DNA of 64,000 nt, from positions 352,001 through 416,000 of the forward strand of contig CAXXHO010000003.1 in the NCBI GenBank assembly GCA_963667725.2. Reading direction: 5' to 3'. The position numbers and the translations under genes were made by a program. The notes beneath the pieces were generated by a model. The model was given only the letters and a program-made list of their open reading frames with translations. It searched no databases and was not told the origin of the DNA. Source of the stretch: Treponemataceae bacterium. Lineage in GTDB: Bacteria > Spirochaetota > Spirochaetia > Treponematales > Rectinemataceae. The first letter of the stretch is position 1. Each line of letters starts with the position of its first letter. Of this stretch, positions 1 to 8,116 are shown piece after piece.

Positions 1-139
1 GCTAGGCATAGTCATATCTTCTTAAAGATTCAAGAAAACATTTTCTGTTTCCGGATGATGCGCCTTGATTGCTTTATAATTTGAATATACTGAACAGTAT
101 ATACTCTAGTAATTGAATGGGAACTTTTTACAAATATTT

Positions 140-237
140 ATGTTAGATTGCTTTATTCTTAGAATCATCTGGTTACATTGTTCATCCTAACCGACTCTCA
201 AAGTATTTTATATAGAACTGTATAATTGATGTTAGGC
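140..237 (+). promoter_or_regulatory. Candidate attI-like primary recombination site at the head of the cassette array
   Basis: GTTAGGC at 231-237 is the reverse complement of GCCTAAC (941-947) ending cassette 1. Further IntI-box-like heptamers occur at 142 (GTTAGAT), 172 (GTTACAT) and inverted at 185 (TCCTAAC). There is no attC-type L''/L' palindrome, and a TATAAT lies at 221-226. Confidence 0.5.
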
Positions 238-271
238 ATATTAAGTATTGTTAAAAATTAGGGTTTAATAA

Positions 272-946
272 ATGATAAAAAAAATAGATTGTTTTACTGG
301 TCATCATAATTTAGAGAAATGTATAAATAAGACTAATTCGGAATATCGTCTATTTGACCCAGGCTTATATCTATATAATTTATTATGTAATACTTCTCAA
401 GATGAAAAGTACAAATCAGAATATATAAAACTTGTATATACAACACTTGTTGCTTGGGGAATGAATTCTCGGGGTGCAAAACTAAGTAAATATGACGTTT
501 TTGAAGCTTCAATTCTTGACAACCAATCAGTATTTGAAAGACTATCAATCAATAAAATAGAAAAATGTACAATTGAAAGTATAAAAAGTGATCTGAAAAT
601 ACTGTTTAAAAATTTAAATCTTGTAAGGAAAGGGAATCCGAAATTAGTTACATTTACAAAGACCGTACATTTTTTCTTAACAGATTTAATAGTTCCAATG
701 GACCGAACATATACAATACCATTTTTTCACACTTCATGGAGGTCAGAATATATCAAACAGTTTGATCTGTTATGTAAAATGGAGAATTTGTTCATGGATT
801 TTGCAGCAAACAATTATGAAAATATAAATAAATTTAAAGATGAAAAATGGAATAGAAATATTCCTAAAATAATAGATAGTTTAGTAATTGGATATGAATA
901 TTTTGAAAAAGCAAATAAGAAAAGACATAAAAAGAAAAATGCCTAA
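272..946 (+). CDS. Gene cassette 1: hypothetical protein, possibly HhH-GPD glycosylase-like
   Basis: 224-aa ORF whose stop codon lies inside the attC R'' box (GCCTAAC). The motif TKTVHFFLTDLIVPMD resembles the K-x-x-H...P-x-D segment of HhH-type glycosylase-like proteins; the function is inference. Confidence 0.75.
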   Translation: MIKKIDCFTGHHNLEKCINKTNSEYRLFDPGLYLYNLLCNTSQDEKYKSEYIKLVYTTLVAWGMNSRGAKLSKYDVFEASILDNQSVFERLSINKIEKCTIESIKSDLKILFKNLNLVRKGNPKLVTFTKTVHFFLTDLIVPMDRTYTIPFFHTSWRSEYIKQFDLLCKMENLFMDFAANNYENINKFKDEKWNRNIPKIIDSLVIGYEYFEKANKKRHKKKNA

Positions 947-1064
947 CAAATGCTTCAACCTTATAAATCCTTTAGCACGTTTTGTGCAGAAATCTCATGC
1001 ACAAAACGCGCCAAGCCTTCGCAGTAGCTCAGGCACGCATTTAAAGGTTAAGCCAATGTTAGAT
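941..1064 (+). repeat. attC site 1
   Basis: GCCTAAC-AAATG-CTTCAACC ... GGTTAAG-CCAAT-GTTAGAT. R''/L''/L'/R' layout with an extra base in L'' and an internal palindrome (CGTTTTGTGCA/TGCACAAAACG). Confidence 0.92.
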
Positions 1065-1160
1065 TGTCGCCTTCGGCGCAAAAGTAGACATGTTGAATAA
1101 AATATCAATTATATTAAATCTATGCTAGATGAACGCCAAGTGGTAGGATAGGAGATCAAA

Positions 1161-2612
1161 ATGTACTTTAGTGATTTATTTGGTATCGATCAGAAACAAT
1201 TAGATGATTATGGTGCTTTAAATGTCTCACTAATAAATGATCTTCCACTCTTTATTGATCCTTTCTTGTTATTCAATAGCAAGAAAACAGAGTATATACG
1301 CTTACATGAAGAAATAATAAAGTATGTTATCTTTTTACGAGATGAAGCGTTAGCTGGGAAAATTGATAAAGGTTTAATAAGGCGATGGTTTTATTTTTCT
1401 GAGGTTAAACAAAACTGGCTTGGTTTCTGTTTAACTGGAAATTCAGGTACTGGACTTGGTGATGATTTTGCAGAAAGTTTATACGCAAACTTCTCTACAG
1501 TATTAAAAGATTTTGGCAATGAGACAATAGCAAAAAGCCATATTGAGAAATTATGCCTGTTTAAAGAAGGGATTGGAAAAGACAATATTAGTGATTTTAC
1601 AACAAACCTAATAAAACAATATTTACTTGAATACACTCAAGCATTTGCAAAGAAATATCTACAGGCTGATAGATGTAAAGAAATAATTGTTGATAAAGTA
1701 TATTTCAATTATAAGACTAGATCTTGGGTACAGCAAAAATATTTTCTACCCTATTTTGCTAATGACTATGTACTTCTTACACCACTTGATATCTTAACAA
1801 AAGATGATACTTGGATTAATAAAGCGTCATTATTTAGTACATTCAATAGTGTAGTAAGCTCGATTGAAAACATCGAATTGCGTTCACAATTAAATGACTA
1901 CTTCAGAAGCCGACTTCCCAAAGCACCAAGATCAAGAGATATTGAAGCTGCAAAGAGTTCTGTTCTTGCTAAGTATCCTGAGCTTATTGACTACTTTATC
2001 CGGTATAAGGAAAAGTATGGGAATCAAGCTGAAAGAATTAGTAAGAAAAAAGTTGCTGATACATATCAAAAGTTTGTAGCTGAATTAAGTGCATTTAGCT
2101 CAGTTCTGAAAGAAAGTACCAATTTTTATAATACTCCAACAGATTCGTATCAGGAAGCTCTAAAGAGAGTTATGTATCTAAAACAAGTGATTGAGAAAAA
2201 TGATGGATATAGACTTTTCTACCATAAGAATGAAGTAGTTGGAAATGAAAAAGATTTACATATTCTCTTTAGATTAGCTTGGTTCAATACTGTTTTTTCT
2301 GTTGATAGTGAGGTTAATAATGGTAGAGGTCCAGTAGATTATAAGATATCTAAAGGATTTTCTGACTCAACTTTAGTTGAATTCAAATTGGCTAGTAATA
2401 CTAAGCTTGAACAAAATATTAAAAAACAGCTGGAAATATATTTAGATGTAAATGCAACAAAAAAAGGAATAAAGGTAATTCTATTTTATACATTACATGA
2501 AGAAATTAAAGTAAAAGAACTATTAAAAAAATTGAAGATAGATAATAAAGAGAATGTTATTCTAATTGATGCACGAAAAGATAATAAGAAAAGCGCTTCA
2601 AATGTAAAATAA
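1161..2612 (+). CDS. Gene cassette 2: hypothetical protein with a C-terminal PD-(D/E)xK nuclease-like domain
   Basis: 483-aa ORF with RBS GGAG. The C-terminus E-V-N-N-G-R-G-P-V-D-Y-K...V-E-F-K fits the E...PxD...ExK restriction-endonuclease pattern. Flanked by attC sites. Confidence 0.75.
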   Translation: MYFSDLFGIDQKQLDDYGALNVSLINDLPLFIDPFLLFNSKKTEYIRLHEEIIKYVIFLRDEALAGKIDKGLIRRWFYFSEVKQNWLGFCLTGNSGTGLGDDFAESLYANFSTVLKDFGNETIAKSHIEKLCLFKEGIGKDNISDFTTNLIKQYLLEYTQAFAKKYLQADRCKEIIVDKVYFNYKTRSWVQQKYFLPYFANDYVLLTPLDILTKDDTWINKASLFSTFNSVVSSIENIELRSQLNDYFRSRLPKAPRSRDIEAAKSSVLAKYPELIDYFIRYKEKYGNQAERISKKKVADTYQKFVAELSAFSSVLKESTNFYNTPTDSYQEALKRVMYLKQVIEKNDGYRLFYHKNEVVGNEKDLHILFRLAWFNTVFSVDSEVNNGRGPVDYKISKGFSDSTLVEFKLASNTKLEQNIKKQLEIYLDVNATKKGIKVILFYTLHEEIKVKELLKKLKIDNKENVILIDARKDNKKSASNVK

Positions 2613-2620
2613 AGCAATTC

Positions 2621-2725
2621 ATCTAATAAAAGCTTCAATCTTATAACACTCTTTGTCATGGTTTGTGCAGAACAACAATGCACAAACCATGACAAAGAGT
2701 GTTAAGGGTTAAGCCAATGCTCTAC
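2621..2725 (+). repeat. attC site 2 (degenerate core)
   Basis: ATCTAAT-AAAAG-CTTCAATC ... GGTTAAG-CCAAT-GCTCTAC with a perfect 26-bp inverted repeat (TAACACTCTTTGTCATGGTTTGTGCA). AAC is changed to AAT and GTT to GCT. Confidence 0.88.
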
Positions 2726-2788
2726 GGAACCTTTGTGCAAAAATTAAAAATACTTTATATTATCATTATAATATTGAAGGAGCAGTAA

Positions 2789-4237
2789 ATGAGCTGCAAT
2801 TTTAAAGAAATTGATTGGGGTCCAGATGAAGCAAAAAATGATCATAATCTTGAGAAGTATTTTGTAAAGATTCCCCAATATCAAGATATTTTATTGGGGA
2901 AAAAAAGGTATATAATTGGAAGAAAAGGAACAGGAAAAACAGCAATACTAGAGAGTATTCGAATAGAATCAGAAAAGAATCCATTATGGCAGTTTGCTGA
3001 TATATCATTAAAGAATTTTCCATTATCTATAATTAGAAACCTTAGAGATAAAAATTATCGTGATAAATCACAATATGTTCCAGCATGGTCATTCCTGTTG
3101 TTAATTGAATTAGCTAAAATGATATGTTCTGATGAATCCTCTAAGCCATTTGAAGAAGTCTTTCGTCTTAAAGAATTCTTGATTAGCAATAGATTCCTTG
3201 AGGGTACAATAACAGAAACAGCAACATTTCTTGAAGAAAATGAAGCCAAAGTTAATGTTGCATCTGAATGGTTAGGAGCTGAATATACAAAAAAGTATGG
3301 AAAAGAAATTAATACTTCAATTGTGTATCATAGAGTATTAGAAATTCTTATTGCGAAAATTAATCGAATTAATTCTGACTCAACTTATTTTTTATTGGTT
3401 GACGAGTTAGATGAAGGTTATAAAGCGAAAGATTCTAATATTAGGTTGTTAATATTGTCCTTATTGTGGAGCATAGAAAATTTAGCATTACTATTTAAAT
3501 ATGATAATATTAGGCTTCGATGTGTATTAGCGTTAAGATCAGATATTTATGAGACTTTAGAAGATAATGATTTAAATAAATATGATGATTACTTAATAAA
3601 ACTAATTTGGAATCCAAAACTGTTAGGGAATTATTCTATTTTAGAAATTGTTAATAAGAGAATAGTAGCTTCTTATCCTCAATTAGCTGATGATGAAAAT
3701 CCATGGTTGAAAATAGCAAATCAATATGATAGAAGTATTCCAATAAGAAGAGGTGGGCTTTGGGAGTTTATGTATAATAGAACATATGAAAGACCAAGAG
3801 ATATAATTAAATTTTTGAAGATCTGTCAAAACAAAACAAGAAGTAGAATATTAGATTATTCTATAGTAAAAGATACAGAACTAGATTATTCTACATGGCT
3901 TTGGGGAGAAATAAGAGATGAATTACATTCTCATTTAGCAGTATGGCAAGAAGCTTTACAGGCTATAACAAGAGTAAATAAAGGTAAATTTACCAGAGAA
4001 GAATATACCTATCAATTACAAGCTAGTTTAAAAATTGTTAAATGGCTTGAGGCAAATTACAAGACAGTAGATGATCTTATTGAAATTCTATTTGATTATA
4101 GTATAATTGGTAATTACTATCCAGAGACGGAAAGATGGATATTTAAATATAAAGATACAACATTAGCATGGGATCGTGATGCAAATATAATTGTTCACTT
4201 TGGCCTAGTTAAAAAATTAAGAATAAGGACTTATTAA
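2789..4237 (+). CDS. Gene cassette 3: P-loop ATPase (Sll1717/FunZ-like)
   Basis: Walker A GRKGTGKT, Walker B LLVDELDE, RSDIY and RPRDII motifs, RBS AGGAG; flanked by attC sites. Confidence 0.8.
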   Translation: MSCNFKEIDWGPDEAKNDHNLEKYFVKIPQYQDILLGKKRYIIGRKGTGKTAILESIRIESEKNPLWQFADISLKNFPLSIIRNLRDKNYRDKSQYVPAWSFLLLIELAKMICSDESSKPFEEVFRLKEFLISNRFLEGTITETATFLEENEAKVNVASEWLGAEYTKKYGKEINTSIVYHRVLEILIAKINRINSDSTYFLLVDELDEGYKAKDSNIRLLILSLLWSIENLALLFKYDNIRLRCVLALRSDIYETLEDNDLNKYDDYLIKLIWNPKLLGNYSILEIVNKRIVASYPQLADDENPWLKIANQYDRSIPIRRGGLWEFMYNRTYERPRDIIKFLKICQNKTRSRILDYSIVKDTELDYSTWLWGEIRDELHSHLAVWQEALQAITRVNKGKFTREEYTYQLQASLKIVKWLEANYKTVDDLIEILFDYSIIGNYYPETERWIFKYKDTTLAWDRDANIIVHFGLVKKLRIRTY

Positions 4238-4245
4238 AACAAGAC

Positions 4246-4368
4246 GAAGAACAACTGCTTCTACCTTATAAATCCTTTGGTATGGTTTGTGTATAAATGT
4301 CATGCACAAACCACGCTAAGCCTTCGCTTCGCTCAAACGCTGATTTAAAGGTTAAGCCAATGTTATGT
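4246..4368 (+). repeat. attC site 3
   Basis: GAAGAAC-AACTG-CTTCTACC ... GGTTAAG-CCAAT-GTTATGT; clearly homologous to attC1 and attC4. Confidence 0.9.
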
Positions 4369-4439
4369 AGACCCTTCGGGAAATAAAATATTATAAAAAA
4401 ATAAATTTAAGTGTATACATACTAATCTAAGGATGTTGT

Positions 4440-5285
4440 ATGAATCAACCAGGTCCAGTATTTAATATTTTAGTACATCATGTAGAGCTAAGTCCAAGTC
4501 TGAGTGGGCTTGATATTGGATATGAATCTGGTAATTGGAGAAATGATCAATTAGCAGAATTTGTAATGGATTGGTTACCAGAATTTGCATTACCACTTCA
4601 GGAATGTGAAAAAATAGGTCATTATAATGCTGTTTCGTTTATTCGAAGAGCTGCAAGAATTGTTTATGAAACAGAAAAATTTTCAAAACGAGGAGAATTT
4701 GGAGAATTATTTTTACATATAGCAATGAGACAAATATTTAATTCATTGCCCGCAATATCTAAAATATATTATAAATCTGCTAATAATGATACTGTAAAGG
4801 GATTTGATGCTGTACATGTAGTTCCAATGCAAGATGGGCTTGAACTCTGGATAGGAGAAGCGAAATTTTATAGCGATATTAATGCTGCAATTCATGATGT
4901 AGTTAATGAACTAACTATACATACACAAATTGATTATTTACGAACTGAGTTTACATTAATAACAAATAAGATTGATGAAAAATTCCCACATTATGAAGTA
5001 TTAAAAAATTTGATGGATCCAAGAACATCACTAGATGAAATATTTAAAAGAGCTTGTATTCCTGTTCTACTGACTTACAATAGTGAAGTAATAAATAAAT
5101 ATAATAGAAATGATGGCGACTACATAGAAGATTTTAGAAAAGAAATATTAAGTAATTATAAGAAATTCTCAGAAAGCAAATTGCCTGAAAATATTCATAT
5201 ACATTTATTCCTTTTTCCAATAAAAGAAAAGGAACGACTTATTGAAGCATTAGATGCGAGGTTGAAAAAATGGCAACAAATTTAA
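4440..5285 (+). CDS. hamA: Hachiman anti-phage protein HamA (DUF1837)
   Basis: Motifs GEFGELFLH, KGFDAVH and LWIGEAKFY are typical of DUF1837; overlaps the downstream SF2 helicase gene. Confidence 0.88.
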   Translation: MNQPGPVFNILVHHVELSPSLSGLDIGYESGNWRNDQLAEFVMDWLPEFALPLQECEKIGHYNAVSFIRRAARIVYETEKFSKRGEFGELFLHIAMRQIFNSLPAISKIYYKSANNDTVKGFDAVHVVPMQDGLELWIGEAKFYSDINAAIHDVVNELTIHTQIDYLRTEFTLITNKIDEKFPHYEVLKNLMDPRTSLDEIFKRACIPVLLTYNSEVINKYNRNDGDYIEDFRKEILSNYKKFSESKLPENIHIHLFLFPIKEKERLIEALDARLKKWQQI

Positions 5286-7405
5286 GCTATTCGCAGATGA
5301 TAGAAACGTTTAATAGTATTGAAAGTATTAGAAAACAAGAATTTAATTTACTGAAAAATATATCTTCAATATGTAATAATCCAGAAAAACAAGACGAAGG
5401 TAGAGAACTTGTTTTGAGAGTTCTTGAAAATAGAAATACTTTTATTAATACAAAACAAATAGTTAACTCACTAGTTTCTGCAGTAGGACTCTATCCATAT
5501 CTAGATCAGTCTATTATTGATTATAAAGATGCACTTTTGTATGAATACAATCGTCCACTATCATTTAGTAAAAGTAATATTGTATTTCATAAAGAGCAAA
5601 ATGAAATATATCGACGTCTACTTAAAGGTGATAGTGTAATATTAAGTGCTCCAACTAGCTTTGGAAAAAGCAAAATAATTGATGCAATAATTGCTTCTGA
5701 AAAATACAATAACATTGCAATTATTGTACCTACACTAGCTCTTATAGATGAAACAAGAAAAAGAGTATATAACATAGCTGAAAAGTATAAAGTTATTACT
5801 CATACTTCACAAAAGGCTAGTACTTATAATATTTTTGTCTTCACAGCAGAGAGGGCTGTAGCTTATGAAGAATTTCCCAAAATTGATTTTTTTGTCGTAG
5901 ATGAGTTTTATAAAATTGACGCAATTGAAGAAGATAATAGTAGGACAGTAGCATTAAATATTGCCTTCCGTAAGTTGCTTAGTTTTGGTGGTCAGTTTTA
6001 TATGTTGGGTCCAAGTATAGAAAAAATTCCTAAAGGTATAGAAGAAAAGTATCGGTGTTTTTTTTATCCTACAAAATTTAGTACAGTAGTATCTGAAACT
6101 CATTTTGTAAAAAAAAGCGGTAATGATATTTTTGATCTGGTTAAATTATGTTCTGAATTAAAAGATCCTACGCTAATCTATTGTAGATCACCAGCAAGAG
6201 CAAATGAAATAGCAAAAGCTTTTTGTGAATTCTATCCAAATAAGAAAAGTAAGATTTTAGATGGCGCTTCATCATGGGCTTCTAAAAATTACCATCCTGA
6301 ATGGATATGGGCTAAGGCAATTTCAAAAGGTATAGGCATTCATCATGGTAGAATACCAAGATCACTTGCACAGTTTACAATAAAAATGTTTAATGATTTA
6401 ATAATTGATTTCTTAATTTGTACAACAACTTTAATTGAAGGTGTAAATACTAAAGCCAAAAATGTCATAATATTTGATGATACAATAGGTAAAAAAGCAT
6501 TTGATTTTTTTACTTTCAATAATATAAGAGGTAGATCTGGTAGAATGTTTGAACACTTTATTGGACATGTATATCTGTTTTCTGCTCCTCCGTCCAAAGA
6601 ATTGCCTTTTGTAGACTTTCCTTTAGTAACACAAAATGAAAGAGTTCCTGATAGTTTACTAGTTCAATTAGATGAAATAGAGTTAAATCCTAACACAATT
6701 AGTCGTACAAGGCTCTGGACAGAACAAACAATTCTTCCGATTACAATTCTTCGACAAAATGCAACAATTGACCCAGAATCTCAAATAGAATTAGCGGAGG
6801 AAATTATTAATGATATTGATACTGTATATGAATTATTAAATTGGATTGGAATACCTAAATATAGACAATTAAAATATTCATGTGAAATAATATGGAAATA
6901 TTTTTATAAAGAAAATAGAAGTTTCGCGGTCTATTCGGCTAATCAGTTAACTTTTAAAATCAATCAATTGCAAAGAGATCCAAGTATTCCCACAAGAGTA
7001 CTCCAAGAACTAAATCAAGGAAAGTATTCAGCAAAAGACCCCGACGATGCAGTCGAAAAAGTATTATTTTTTGATCGAAATTGGGCAGGATTTGAATTAC
7101 CCAAATCGTTAATGGCACTTTCTAGAATACAGGAGTTTATTTTTAAAAGCAGGGGATTATCAGGAGGAGATTATAGTTTCTTTGCAAGTCAAATAGAATC
7201 ATTATTTCAAGAGCCAATACTTATTTCTTTAGAGGAATATGGATTACCGATGCAATTGACAAAAAAAATAATTCAATATATAGGGACGGATAATGACCTT
7301 GATATTGCTTTAAAATATTTAAAAAGAGTTGATATTGAAAAATTACCAATAAATGAGTTTGAAAAACTATTGGTAAGTGATGTAAAACATTACTTATCAA
7401 AATAA
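5270..7405 (+). CDS. hamB: Hachiman SF2 (Ski2-like) helicase HamB
   Basis: SAPTSFGKS (motif I), VPTLAL, DEFY (motif II), HHG, TTTLIEGVN and GRSGR (motif VI); paired with hamA. Confidence 0.88.
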   Translation: MATNLSYSQMIETFNSIESIRKQEFNLLKNISSICNNPEKQDEGRELVLRVLENRNTFINTKQIVNSLVSAVGLYPYLDQSIIDYKDALLYEYNRPLSFSKSNIVFHKEQNEIYRRLLKGDSVILSAPTSFGKSKIIDAIIASEKYNNIAIIVPTLALIDETRKRVYNIAEKYKVITHTSQKASTYNIFVFTAERAVAYEEFPKIDFFVVDEFYKIDAIEEDNSRTVALNIAFRKLLSFGGQFYMLGPSIEKIPKGIEEKYRCFFYPTKFSTVVSETHFVKKSGNDIFDLVKLCSELKDPTLIYCRSPARANEIAKAFCEFYPNKKSKILDGASSWASKNYHPEWIWAKAISKGIGIHHGRIPRSLAQFTIKMFNDLIIDFLICTTTLIEGVNTKAKNVIIFDDTIGKKAFDFFTFNNIRGRSGRMFEHFIGHVYLFSAPPSKELPFVDFPLVTQNERVPDSLLVQLDEIELNPNTISRTRLWTEQTILPITILRQNATIDPESQIELAEEIINDIDTVYELLNWIGIPKYRQLKYSCEIIWKYFYKENRSFAVYSANQLTFKINQLQRDPSIPTRVLQELNQGKYSAKDPDDAVEKVLFFDRNWAGFELPKSLMALSRIQEFIFKSRGLSGGDYSFFASQIESLFQEPILISLEEYGLPMQLTKKIIQYIGTDNDLDIALKYLKRVDIEKLPINEFEKLLVSDVKHYLSK

Positions 7406-7426
7406 TTATGATGATAGAATAGAGAT

Positions 7427-7550
7427 GCATAACAACCGCTTCAACCTATTAAGCCTTTTGTCATGGTTTTTTCGAGAAGATGACGCAAAAACCACGCCAA
7501 TCCTTCGCTTCGCTCAGGAGCAGGCGTTAAGGGTTAAGCTAATGTTAGGA
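7427..7550 (+). repeat. attC site 4
   Basis: GCATAAC-AACCG-CTTCAACC ... GGTTAAG-CTAAT-GTTAGGA. R'' matches the GTTATGT at the start of the hamAB cassette with one G:T. Confidence 0.92.
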
Positions 7551-7994
7551 TATGGATTATAAAACAATAGAGTATTTATAATGATCCATTATATAAAAAA
7601 ATGGCAACTGTCCAAGATGAGGAGTTAGCTTTTTCCATAATATGAAGCTTTAACAAGACTGGATTTAGCACTTTTAAAACTAGAATAATTGTTAATTAAA
7701 ACAAATTAAAATAAATAATGATAAATTGAAAAGATGATAAATTTAATGAACCCTATGGTACCTCCTTCACCAATACAATTTAACAACTCCTTACATATAT
7801 TTCTAAGCCTCAATTCTGTATACATGTTAGATGCATTCTAGTCTAAACCTGTTTCCATATGGAGGATTGCTATATCCCCTTTATAAGATGTATAAGCTTA
7901 TTATAAATAGGACTTCCGTAACTTATTCATTGGGACAGTAGGATAGATAATGAACCATTATATGGGGGAATGTATATCTCCATCCTGTATATAC

Positions 7995-8093
7995 CCCTTC
8001 ACCATTTCACCAATGATACTAATTACATAACATACAATAAAATAATAATGGTGAAAGGGGGTTAGCATATTTTCAGCACCTTCCTTTCACCAT
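7995..8093. repeat. Iteron-like TTCACCA repeats flanking an AT-rich stretch (candidate replication origin)
   Basis: TTCACCA at 7998, 8006 and 8086, inverted at 8049, and another copy at 7766. ATGGTGAAAGG/CCTTTCACCAT form an inverted pair. Lies directly downstream of the helicase-like gene. Confidence 0.55.
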
Positions 8094-8116
8094 AAAAATC
8101 TATTCCTTGAGTTGGC

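Noticed and set aside
888..1100. 70-aa ORF across attC1, and the 2486-2695 ORF across attC2
   Set aside because: They overlap real genes and attC palindromes; chance frames.
941..7550. Intergenic repeats as a CRISPR array or plain terminators
   Set aside because: The units are 105-124 bp and separated by whole genes, there are no cas genes, and the R/L box layout with cassette-end complementarity fits attC.
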